From positions 1,824,001 to 1,888,000 of the forward strand of contig CAWBZI010000001.1 of assembly GCA_963793265.1 (NCBI GenBank): 64,000 nucleotides of DNA, read 5' to 3'. Positions 52,482 through 61,460 of the stretch are shown here, in pieces. The translations under genes were made by a program, and so were the position numbers. The stretch comes from an uncultured cyanobacterium. GTDB taxonomy: Bacteria > Cyanobacteriota > Cyanobacteriia > Phormidesmidales > Phormidesmidaceae. The notes below the pieces were generated by a model, which saw only the letters and a list, made by a program, of their open reading frames with translations, did no database searches and was not told the origin of the DNA. Numbering within the stretch: the first letter of the stretch is position 1; each line of letters starts with the position of its first letter.

Positions 52482-53537
52482 TCAGCTCTGAAGCGATCGC
52501 ACCCTTTCCACCGGCCAATAAATCTTATACGCCTCTCCAATCAAATTCGCCTTAGGCAAAAAGCCCCAAACGTGAGAGTCCGCGCTTGCATTACGATTAT
52601 CACCCAGCACAAAATACGCCTCAGGCGGCACCACTTCCGGCCCCCACTCATACCCTGTGAGCACATCAATATAGCTTTCTTGCAGCGGCGCATTGTTCAC
52701 CCACAGCCTGCCTTCATGCACCTGTACGCGATCGCCCGGCAACCCCACAACTCTTTTTACAAACAAAGCCTCCGGCTCAGCTTCAACTATCTCAATCGCT
52801 TTCGGTGGCGCTTTAAACACAACAATGTCTTTTCTCTGCGGCTGATACAGCTCATCTCTATCCACAAAAATCCGGTCATTTACCTGTAGCGTTGGCACCA
52901 TAGACTCACTCGGCACCACACACTGCAATACCGCCTTATCTATCCACATCGGCAGGCTACCAATCGCCAGCCTCAGCAGCAGTCCGCCCACAACAACGAC
53001 CATAAGGAGCTGACTCGACCGGCTCTGTTCTTTCCCCGGCGTCAGCGGTGCACTTCTATAAGCGTGATAGCTCGCGATAGACCATACCGTACAGGCCATA
53101 GGGAGCAAAACGGGCTGATGGTTTGCTAATAGAGAAAGGCCAACGCCGACTGCTAAAAAGACCGCGCCTGCGATCGCCTTATTCAAATACAAATGCCCCA
53201 GGCCAGGCAAAATCTGCGACAAAAAAACGCTATACCAAACGTCTCTACCGCGCTTTTTATCACCCATCGGATGTAGCGGACGCCCTGCGGTTGCAAACGC
53301 ATCCCACACGTTCAAAAGGTAAACAAAGGCTGCTATTCCCAGCAGCCGAAAAGCGCTTCCGGTACTCCCTTCTGCCGCTAGCAGCGACCACATCGCATTG
53401 CCAATTAGCGCGTAAAAGGCACCCATAATAATGAGCCCTTTGATCCACTGGTCTGCGTAGCACTGACCCATACCGGGTACTAACCCTGAGAGGTTTACAG
53501 CTAGCCAACAATCTCGCACCCGGCGCTGCACTCCCAT
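52482..53537 (-). CDS. lepB: Signal peptidase I with an N-terminal membrane extension
   Basis: VPSESMVPTL (Ser), FVKRVVGLPGD (Lys), GDNRNASADS. Confidence 0.88.
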   Translation of the reverse strand: MGVQRRVRDCWLAVNLSGLVPGMGQCYADQWIKGLIIMGAFYALIGNAMWSLLAAEGSTGSAFRLLGIAAFVYLLNVWDAFATAGRPLHPMGDKKRGRDVWYSVFLSQILPGLGHLYLNKAIAGAVFLAVGVGLSLLANHQPVLLPMACTVWSIASYHAYRSAPLTPGKEQSRSSQLLMVVVVGGLLLRLAIGSLPMWIDKAVLQCVVPSESMVPTLQVNDRIFVDRDELYQPQRKDIVVFKAPPKAIEIVEAEPEALFVKRVVGLPGDRVQVHEGRLWVNNAPLQESYIDVLTGYEWGPEVVPPEAYFVLGDNRNASADSHVWGFLPKANLIGEAYKIYWPVERVRSLQS

Positions 53538-53714
53538 GAATTTACCTCTTAGAATCTTTGCCAACTGATAAAGTTAATTTGCCCAGCTAGCTAATTAAGC
53601 TGATGAACCAGCCGCCACAATCCGTATATTTGTTGAGGTGTGAACGATTTATATCTGTGGGCAGTTTTTATCTAGGTATAAAGCTTTATAGGTTTGTGTT
53701 TTGAGGCGATCGCT

Positions 53715-54836
53715 ATGACAACTTGGATAAAAGCTATCTCCCGCGCAATGGCTCGCACCAACGCCGTGTGGGACAAAGCCGCAAAGCAAGTTGAAAAGGC
53801 CCTCGGCATTCAAGATCCCCTGCGCATTTTGCCTTATCGAGGCTACGGTACGCCGGACTGGATCTATCTAAAAGGAAGGGTGTTACAAAAGGAAGGCATT
53901 GCCCCGCGCGCTGAAGATGCAGGACTTTTGAAGAATGCGCTCAATATGTATCGTCGCTTTGAATCGGATGAGATTGCTGAGGCTGAAGTACAAATAAGTG
54001 TTGGCAATCAGCAGCGCAGCGTTACGGCGAACAAGGAAGGCTATTTTGAAACGAAGATTGACTTAGAGTCGCCTATCAAACACGATGCGCTCTGGCAAAG
54101 TGTCGACCTCAAGCTATTAGCGCCACCGCCGCCCAAGCAGGACTCTGTAACCGCCAAAGGCAGGATAATCATCGTCTCAAACACCGCCAAATTTGGCGTT
54201 ATTAGCGATATTGACGACACCATTGTCTATACCGCCGCCAATGACTTGTTCAAAATGATTCGGATCGCCTACTTCGGCAACGAACGCAGCCGCCGTCTTT
54301 TCTCGGGCGTCGCGCCGTTCTATCAGGCTCTACAGCATGGCATTGAGCACGAGGGCAACCCAATTTTTTACGTCTCTAGCAGTCCGTGGAACATGTACGA
54401 TCTGTTTGAGAAGTTCATGGAAATAAACAACATTCCAAGCGGGCCAATCTTACTCAGAGATATCGAACTCTCTCCGGCAAATCTCATGTCGTTTGAGCAT
54501 CAGAGTCATAAGAGAGAACAGATTGATCCGATCTTTGCACAGTTCCCCGATCTACCTTTCATTTTAATTGGCGATAGCGGACAAAAGGATGCTGAGATTT
54601 ATCGCCGGATTGTAGAAGACTATCCTGGTCGAATCTTAGGCGTCTATATTCGCAGCGCAATCCCAAACGATTTAGCCCGCCATCGAGAGCTAGACCAAAT
54701 TGCTCAGCAGGTGAAAGCGCAGGGCGTTGAATTTATGGTCTTTTCGGAGACAAGTGTCGTTGCCAAGCACACCGCTAAGCAGGGCTGGATTTCTGAGGAA
54801 ACGATTTCAGCAATTCAGGCTGACAAAGGCGTATAA
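53715..54836 (+). CDS. App1-family (DUF2183) phosphatidate phosphatase-like protein
   Basis: ISDIDDT (DxDxT), FYVSSSPWN, LIGDSGQKDAEIY. Confidence 0.85.
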   Translation: MTTWIKAISRAMARTNAVWDKAAKQVEKALGIQDPLRILPYRGYGTPDWIYLKGRVLQKEGIAPRAEDAGLLKNALNMYRRFESDEIAEAEVQISVGNQQRSVTANKEGYFETKIDLESPIKHDALWQSVDLKLLAPPPPKQDSVTAKGRIIIVSNTAKFGVISDIDDTIVYTAANDLFKMIRIAYFGNERSRRLFSGVAPFYQALQHGIEHEGNPIFYVSSSPWNMYDLFEKFMEINNIPSGPILLRDIELSPANLMSFEHQSHKREQIDPIFAQFPDLPFILIGDSGQKDAEIYRRIVEDYPGRILGVYIRSAIPNDLARHRELDQIAQQVKAQGVEFMVFSETSVVAKHTAKQGWISEETISAIQADKGV

Positions 54837-54890
54837 GGTTATGGATACGGGATTCTAATTTCTCTATGCCTATGCGATTAATAGATCAGT

Positions 54891-55115
54891 CTAAGCAACA
54901 TTATCCTGCTCTGCAATCAGTTCGGCAACGAGAGGTTCTGACTGAGTAAGTTGGCTAACTGCCAGGATAGAAAACCCTATGATATTGCCCTCTGCATCTA
55001 CTCTTTGCATAATGGCATCATTGTCTGTCTCCCGCATATAGCCAGGAGCCTCAGAAAACGTTACTTCCAAAAAATCGGCTTCGGGATCGAACTAAACTTT
55101 TACTCGCTTTCCCAT
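54891..55115 (-). pseudogene. DUF2283-like protein with an in-frame TAG at codon 8
   Basis: MGKRVKV*FDPEADFLEVTFS...RVDAEGNIIGFSIL...; GAGG RBS upstream; TAG at 55092-55094. Confidence 0.8.
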
Positions 55116-55132
55116 GAGTCATTTCCTCAACT

Positions 55133-55837
55133 CTAATTCTGTACGCTGCTCGTCTGCCTAACTGACGGCCTCACAGATGGCCCGGCTTCAGGATTCTCAA
55201 ACTCCCTTCTCTCAATTTCTCGATTGCGCAATGCCGTTCTCAGCGCCGGAACGTCTTCCTTGAGTATCACCGAAGCCGTGCCCGTATGAATCGTACCGTC
55301 CGGGTTAGGAATTACTTCAATAATGTATGCGTACAGGTCACCTTCAATCACCTGAGCACGTGAGGCCCGCTGCGTTCCGCGATCTTCAGGGCGACCTGGC
55401 GAATAGACTAAAACGGACTGTCCGCGTCGATAGTCTGCATATATTTCAGCGCCGTAAATCGTTCGCAGCGCATCTTCTAACCGCTCAATGCTGACGCCGC
55501 TAATAATATCTACCAGCGTCAGCTTTTCAGACCGTACGACTAAAGGCTCGTTACTCTGTCTGCGGCGGAGCAAAAGGCTATCACCCGAGCCGCCACCAGG
55601 GCCAAAAATAGAACCATGAAATGTATATCGCCGTGAGGGTGTGTCATTACGGCGAATCGAGAGTCTTTCTCGGGGATCGGCGCGGAGCGTGGGGTGCGCC
55701 TGCATCCAAGCTTCTGCTTCATCGACCGATTGACCGGGGAGCGCATGGGCGGTGGCGGTAAGTGCTAGCCAAATACTTGCCCCAATGCTCGTAACAGAAA
55801 GTCCAGTCGTCAGTGCCGCTCGCAGAAGCTTGTTCAT
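55133..55837 (-). CDS. Secreted hypothetical protein
   Basis: Signal peptide AHA-LPGQ; AWMQAHPTL motif of a cyanobacterial hypothetical family. Confidence 0.7.
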   Translation of the reverse strand: MNKLLRAALTTGLSVTSIGASIWLALTATAHALPGQSVDEAEAWMQAHPTLRADPRERLSIRRNDTPSRRYTFHGSIFGPGGGSGDSLLLRRRQSNEPLVVRSEKLTLVDIISGVSIERLEDALRTIYGAEIYADYRRGQSVLVYSPGRPEDRGTQRASRAQVIEGDLYAYIIEVIPNPDGTIHTGTASVILKEDVPALRTALRNREIERREFENPEAGPSVRPSVRQTSSVQN

Positions 55838-55846
55838 CTTGTTTGT

Positions 55847-57331
55847 TTATAGGGAGCCAAATCCCTTCCTTTTTTTGTTCTTTTTCTTCTTTTTGTTGCT
55901 ACCAGCCCCCCGCCAGCCGGGTCTGGGCGCACCGCCACCCATCGGATTACCGCCCATGCCGCCCATTGGGCCGCCCATACCGCCGCCACCCATACCAGGA
56001 AAGCTGCCATCTAGGCCCGGCAGGCCCATTTTGCCCTGCCCCATCTGCTGCATCAGGCCGCGCATTCTCTGAAAGTCAGTCACCAGCTTGCTGATGTCTT
56101 TCTCGTTGTAGCCCGCGCCTTTTGCTACCCGACGCCGACGGCTAGGCGATCCTGCCAATACTTCGGGCTGGGTTCGCTCTTCCATGGTCATTGAATTGAT
56201 CATGGCCTCACAGCGCTTAAGCTGCTGCTCACCCTGCTGGAGCTGATCCGATGAGAGCTTATTGCCCATCCCCGGTATCAACTTCATAATTCCCGCCAAA
56301 GAGCCCATGTTCTTCATCAAGCGCGTTTGCTTAAGGAAATCGTTAAAATCGAACTCAGCCGACAGAATTTTCTCCTGAAGCTTCTCAGCATCAGCAATAT
56401 CAACTTCTTCCTGAGCCTTCTCTACAAGCGTGAGCACATCGCCCATCCCCAAGATCCGCGACGCCATCCGGTCGGGATAAAAAGGCTGCAACGCCTCTAC
56501 TTTCTCGCCCACACCAATGAATTTGATTGGCTGGCCTGAGATGCGACGAACCGATAGAGCCGCACCCCCGCGCGAGTCGCCATCCATCTTCGTTAAAATC
56601 GCGCCCGTGATCCCAATCTCATCGTGAAACGTGCGGGTCAGCGTAGCGGCTTCTTGGCCGGTCATCGCATCAACGACCAAGAGCACTTCGTCAGGCTGGG
56701 CGACTTCTTTTACCTGAGCCAGCTCGGCCATCATGTCTTGGTCAATTTGCAGTCGGCCTGCCGTGTCAATAATCACGGTATCAATACCGTCTTCTCTCGC
56801 TTTCGCCAAACCCTGACGCGCAATCTCAACCGGCTTTGCATCCGAGCCAATCTCGAAGACTGGGACATCGATCTGTTTACCCAGCGTGAGTAGCTGATCG
56901 ATTGCCGCTGGTCGGTAAACGTCTGTAGCGACCAGCAAAGCGCTGCGGTTCTGCTTTCTCAGGTGCAGGGCGAGCTTTGCGGTGGCGGTGGTTTTACCCG
57001 TACCCTGCAACCCGGCCATGAGGACGACGGTAGGCTTATTTTCGCTATCGGCCAGGGGCACGTTGGTGTCGCCCATGGTTTCGACGAGTTCGTCGTAGAC
57101 AATTTTGATAAACTGCTGGTCGGGCCGGACGCCAGAGACAACATCAGCGCCCTGAGCCTTTTCTTTGACATCAGCGACGAAGCCTTTTACCACGTCTAAA
57201 TTAACGTCAGCTTCTAGGAGCGCTCGCCGTACTTCTTTGAGCGCTTCGGTAATATTTGCATCCGAAATTTTGTCCTGGCCGCGAAGCTTTTTCCAGGCGG
57301 ATTCAAATTGTTCTGAGAGGGCTTCAAACAT
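55847..57331 (-). CDS. ffh: Signal recognition particle protein
   Basis: GLQGTGKTT, DTAGRLQID, TKMDGDSRGG, RMASRILGMGD; start ATG at 57331. Confidence 0.97.
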   Translation of the reverse strand: MFEALSEQFESAWKKLRGQDKISDANITEALKEVRRALLEADVNLDVVKGFVADVKEKAQGADVVSGVRPDQQFIKIVYDELVETMGDTNVPLADSENKPTVVLMAGLQGTGKTTATAKLALHLRKQNRSALLVATDVYRPAAIDQLLTLGKQIDVPVFEIGSDAKPVEIARQGLAKAREDGIDTVIIDTAGRLQIDQDMMAELAQVKEVAQPDEVLLVVDAMTGQEAATLTRTFHDEIGITGAILTKMDGDSRGGAALSVRRISGQPIKFIGVGEKVEALQPFYPDRMASRILGMGDVLTLVEKAQEEVDIADAEKLQEKILSAEFDFNDFLKQTRLMKNMGSLAGIMKLIPGMGNKLSSDQLQQGEQQLKRCEAMINSMTMEERTQPEVLAGSPSRRRRVAKGAGYNEKDISKLVTDFQRMRGLMQQMGQGKMGLPGLDGSFPGMGGGGMGGPMGGMGGNPMGGGAPRPGWRGAGSNKKKKKNKKRKGFGSL

Positions 57332-57433
57332 AAGACGAAAGCGAGTAGTTGACTTAAATGCGTATCCTCTCATTCTAGAGGCTTCAGTTCCAAATGCTGA
57401 CGGATGGCGGGGTGATAAGGTGATTTTGGTGAC

Positions 57434-58468
57434 TTGACCAATGGAGCCGCTGACCTTTTGCCAAAGCCCAAAGCCGCTAAGCCTGAAGAGCATAAAAAAG
57501 CCCCTAATAATCGAACGCTAAGGCTTAGTGAGCAAGAAGCCGATCTGTACGCCGCTCAGCTGAGGGTGCTGAGTGGCCCAACATCCGCCGCAGAGATCCT
57601 AAACTGTACGATTCACCAGAGCCTATTTGACGTGCTGCCCTGGTTGCCGGATAGTTTTGTCGATTTGCTGATTGTCGATCCGCCGTATAACTTGCAAAAG
57701 GCGTTTAATGGAACGGTGTTTAAAGCAAGATCGCCTCAAGCCTACAAAGATTGGCTAATGACCTGGATACCTGAGCTGCCTAGATTGCTAAAACCAAACG
57801 CCTCTATATATATGTGCTGCGACTGGCAGTCGTCTAATGCCATCTATGAGGTGTTTGCCCAATATTTTCAGGTGCGCAATCGCATCACCTGGGAGCGTGA
57901 GAAGGGGCGAGGCGCTAAGCGTAACTGGAAAAATGCGTCTGAAGATATTTGGTTTGGTACGCTCGGCAATGACTACACCTTTAACGTGGAGGCCGTAAAA
58001 CTACAAAGGCGAGTTCGCGCACCATACCGAGATGAGAGCGGAGAGCCGAAAGACTGGCAGGCGACTGAGAGCGGCAATTTTCGCGCTACGCATCCTTCTA
58101 ACCTGTGGACAGACATCTCTGTACCCTTTTGGTCAATGCCTGAAAATACAGACCATCCGACGCAAAAGCCTGAGAAGCTGATTGCCAAGATGATATTAGC
58201 GAGTTCTCATCCGGGGGATGTGGTGTTTGATCCTTTCCTGGGCTCGGGGACTACTTCGGTGGTGGCTAAAAAGCTGGGTCGTCAGTATGTGGGTATTGAG
58301 CAGGAGCAGATGTATTGCTGCTTGGCGCAAAAGCGGCTGGCTTTGGCTGAGAAGGATGCGGATGTTCAGGGATATTCAGGCGGGTATTTTTGGGAGCGGA
58401 ATGTGGGGAGGGGCGATCGCGAAACATCTGCGAAACAGAATCGCAAAGCAAAAAAAACGTCACAATGA
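57434..58468 (+). CDS. Orphan N4-C/N6-A DNA methyltransferase (beta class)
   Basis: DPPYN precedes HPTQKP and DPFLGSGTT; no endonuclease adjacent. Confidence 0.9.
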   Translation: MTNGAADLLPKPKAAKPEEHKKAPNNRTLRLSEQEADLYAAQLRVLSGPTSAAEILNCTIHQSLFDVLPWLPDSFVDLLIVDPPYNLQKAFNGTVFKARSPQAYKDWLMTWIPELPRLLKPNASIYMCCDWQSSNAIYEVFAQYFQVRNRITWEREKGRGAKRNWKNASEDIWFGTLGNDYTFNVEAVKLQRRVRAPYRDESGEPKDWQATESGNFRATHPSNLWTDISVPFWSMPENTDHPTQKPEKLIAKMILASSHPGDVVFDPFLGSGTTSVVAKKLGRQYVGIEQEQMYCCLAQKRLALAEKDADVQGYSGGYFWERNVGRGDRETSAKQNRKAKKTSQ

Positions 58469-58490
58469 CTTGATAGAGCAGGTCGAATAG

Positions 58491-58706
58491 ATGAAGTACT
58501 TAATCGTTATTGAAAAAACGCAGACAGGATTTTCGGCATACTCTCCTGATATTCCTGAATGCGTAACGACAGGCAAATCTCACGAGGAAACTACTGAGAA
58601 TATGGAAGAGGCGATCACGTTTCACTTAGAAGGACTCAAGCTCGAAGGGGAACCGCTGCCGCTGCCATCAAGCACATCTGCTTACATAGAGGGAATTGCT
58701 GTCTAG
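58491..58706 (+). CDS. HicB-family antitoxin (short form)
   Basis: YLIVIEK...FSAYSPDIPECVTTGKSHEE...EAITFHLEGL. Confidence 0.85.
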   Translation: MKYLIVIEKTQTGFSAYSPDIPECVTTGKSHEETTENMEEAITFHLEGLKLEGEPLPLPSSTSAYIEGIAV

Positions 58707-58789
58707 TAGCCTCAAAATTCAGGTGCTATCGAATTCAATGTCTGCTGTAAAGTAGTACATGATTACCAAATAGCATTCTCAATTTCATC

Positions 58790-59302
58790 ATGAATAGCTT
58801 GAAGAAAGCGTGTCTAAAATCAGAGCTTCTAGAAATAGAGACTTTAGAAGCCGTTGAGCTTAAGTTTTTACTGAAATTATTGGAATCTGAGGAACAGCGA
58901 TCACCTATTGCTGCATTGAAGCCCAACAGTCGAACCTCTTTGGCTAAGTGCGATCGCATCTGTCACTCCCTATCCGAAAAAGGGCTCGTTGAATACGACG
59001 CAGAGATATTTCGCTTCACGATATCTGCACCAGGGCGAATGCTGCTCACCTTGCAAACAACGAGCCTGCCGGTAACACCTGACGAGTTAAAGCTGCTGAG
59101 AGTGTGCAAGGGATCGATGACGGCTGAGAAGTTAGGCGGGTGTGTGCCAACAGAAGGGCGATCGCAGCTTATCAGCGGTCTGGTGGCGCGTAAGCTTCTT
59201 AAGGTTACGAAAAAGGCAATTCAAGAAGTGCGGCTGACTGAGATAGGCAAGGCGTTTCTAGCAGCTTATCAAGCTGAATCAATTGGCTCAAAGTCTGCAT
59301 AG
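58790..59302 (+). CDS. Tandem winged-helix-like protein, possibly the N-terminal half of an RcaD-like protein
   Basis: ELKFLLKLL, ICHSLSEKGLV, LPVTPDELKLL, EVRLTEIG; family call is from memory. Confidence 0.5.
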   Translation: MNSLKKACLKSELLEIETLEAVELKFLLKLLESEEQRSPIAALKPNSRTSLAKCDRICHSLSEKGLVEYDAEIFRFTISAPGRMLLTLQTTSLPVTPDELKLLRVCKGSMTAEKLGGCVPTEGRSQLISGLVARKLLKVTKKAIQEVRLTEIGKAFLAAYQAESIGSKSA

Positions 59303-59375
59303 CCTGGCGAAGCGGCTACTGTGAAAAATACCGCTGCCACTCACTATTTGATACCAGCAATGTTGTTAGAGTAAA

Positions 59376-59395
59376 TTTGTAGCTGACATTACAAA
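59376..59395. promoter_or_regulatory. Candidate NtcA-binding site
   Basis: TTTGTA-GCTGACAT-TACAAA matches GTA-N8-TAC with extended palindromic flanks. Confidence 0.55.
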
Positions 59396-60089
59396 GCCGC
59401 TACGTGATTACCTCATATATCAAAGCCAGTTATTACGTTTTTTATAAACTGGTCTACTGATAGCTGCTCAGCGTGACCAATCTGTAGATAATGATAGGTA
59501 GCTAGTTTCCTTTGTCCCTGAGAGCCAGTCACAGCGTTCTATGCCGCTTTATGAAGCTTGCTCACCAGTCGCCTCGACTTGTGTAAAGCCATCGTAAAGT
59601 AATATTTAAAACGTTAAGAATAACCGTCTAAATTTGCTTAAGAAACCTTTGTCGTGGTTTAACTTACGTAGGTTCTATTTACTTGAGCTAACGCCCGAAC
59701 GAAGCAGTAACTAAAAGCCCTTTCAATTAGGCTTCGGGTTATTCTTTAGAAAGCTTACTGACCAACGTTATAGCTATTCGGTGAAACGTTCTTGATCGTA
59801 AGTTCAACTCATCTCTTTGAAGTTTTTTTTAGAGATTTTTCTTTTCTTTTAATCAGTCTTTTCAAAGATACAAATATCTACTCTGATGGATGGCTAAGTT
59901 CTTTGATGTTTGCTTCATTTGAGCTAAGCAATCTGATCAGATAGCGTTATCTATTTGGGATCAGTCGCAAATATTTGTAGTTGAGCTGATGTAGTAGAGC
60001 TTAAAGCTTTCGTCAGTAAGAGGCATGTATATGGAACCTGTCAGGTTAGGACTAAAACTAGCCAATCAAAGTTGAGTGTGAATTTGGTG

Positions 60090-60752
60090 ATGAAAAATAG
60101 TGCGTTTAAGAAGGTACAGCAGCTAGCCGTTGTTTTGTTAGGAGCCAGCGTCGTTTCGGGTTGCCCTAGTCCGACTGCGAGCAATCTGTTAGCTAACAGT
60201 GGTATTGAGAAATCGGCTGAGGCCCAAGAAGTCGTTGCCCTAAGTGAGTCTGTAGGTGCTCAGTCTGCTGTGGACTTTGAAGTGTGCGCGGATGTAGAGA
60301 GCTGGCAAAGGCCGACTGACGTTGAGCAGGCTAAGCATTTAGGGGCCGATCCCCGCTATGGTGAGGCGATCGCAAGCGGTTCACTTAAAAGCGCCTCTAC
60401 CCAGTTCTGGAATCATCAGGTCATCAGCTTTACAACCTATGGTCTAAGCGCGCGTCTAGAACCTGAGAACCTATCGGGTGTGTGGACGGCTACGGATGAT
60501 TTAGCTAGCTGCTATGTGCCTGAGACGATGGCGGCGATTAATGAAGGCGATCGCGCTGAAACCTGGCTTTTGAACCATGAGATCGTGGGCTTGGAGAAAG
60601 TGGGCGATCGCTACACCATGACCGTAGAACCGAGCACCACGGGCCTGCAAGTCATCCAGTTTGAGCGCACAGAAGAACAAGCTAGCCTGCCGCTAGACGT
60701 TGTAACCACAAGCGGCAGTCCGGTAGAAGTTGTCTCTGGCGACTGGCAGTAA
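60090..60752 (+). CDS. Putative lipoprotein
   Basis: Lipobox-like VSGC after a hydrophobic stretch; FTTYGLSAR motif. Confidence 0.7.
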   Translation: MKNSAFKKVQQLAVVLLGASVVSGCPSPTASNLLANSGIEKSAEAQEVVALSESVGAQSAVDFEVCADVESWQRPTDVEQAKHLGADPRYGEAIASGSLKSASTQFWNHQVISFTTYGLSARLEPENLSGVWTATDDLASCYVPETMAAINEGDRAETWLLNHEIVGLEKVGDRYTMTVEPSTTGLQVIQFERTEEQASLPLDVVTTSGSPVEVVSGDWQ

Positions 60753-60780
60753 GCTTAGTTAGAAGAACTATTTTGCACAA

Positions 60781-60819
60781 AAAAAAGCGCGACCCCTTTT
60801 ACAAGAGATCGCGCTTTTT
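60781..60819. terminator. Bidirectional terminator
   Basis: AAAAAAGCGCGA...TCGCGCTTTTT between convergent genes. Confidence 0.75.
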
Positions 60820-60842
60820 CCATGACAGATTGTTGAAGCCTG

Positions 60843-61412
60843 CTACGAATTCATCTTCCGCTTCAGCTCATTCAGCTCCTCTTCAGCTTCCCACTGTCGA
60901 AAGCTTTCATCTAAGGGATCGAGCGATTGGTTAAAGCTATAGGCGCTTTGATTCCACCCAGAGGTGCCCCAGTCAGTACTGACTTTCGGTGCAGCCGCAG
61001 CCGCCTGAGCGATTTTCGTCTTCACTTCCTGGCGCTTCGTTTTCACCCGTTGATACAGCTCTTTCGTCTGTTCGATGCGCTCTTTAACCCCTTTGAGCTG
61101 TCCCCAAAGATGATTACCCTGACGCAGCAAAGCCGCCTCCCGCTCTTGGGCAGGGCCAACCAAATCCTGACGATTCGCCGCTTTCGCTTTAGCCACACGA
61201 CTGTGCCACTGCTGAATGTCTTGAGCCGTTTCTAAAATGCTGTTTTCTAGCTGCTTCTCGCGCCGGTTCAAATCACCGAGCAGTCGCACTGAATCTTCTT
61301 CCTGCCCGCGTAGCTGATCGGCCAGTGCCCGCAGCTCTAAATGCGGATTAGCGCGTAAAAATTCATCGAGCCGCGTTTCTAAAAAGCGGCTCAGATCTTC
61401 AAATAAGCTCAT
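60843..61412 (-). CDS. TIGR04376-family coiled-coil protein (PspA-like)
   Basis: MSLFEDLSRFLETRLDEFLRANPHLEL, EREAALLRQGN, FRQWEAEEEL. Confidence 0.8.
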   Translation of the reverse strand: MSLFEDLSRFLETRLDEFLRANPHLELRALADQLRGQEEDSVRLLGDLNRREKQLENSILETAQDIQQWHSRVAKAKAANRQDLVGPAQEREAALLRQGNHLWGQLKGVKERIEQTKELYQRVKTKRQEVKTKIAQAAAAAPKVSTDWGTSGWNQSAYSFNQSLDPLDESFRQWEAEEELNELKRKMNS

Positions 61413-61460
61413 GGCTCTTAGCCCATGGTCGGGTCGTAATAAGGGTTGTTCCCTTCCACT

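Noticed and set aside
55940..56045. Gly/Met/Pro-rich repeats at the end of ffh
   Set aside because: A low-complexity tail is common in Ffh proteins.
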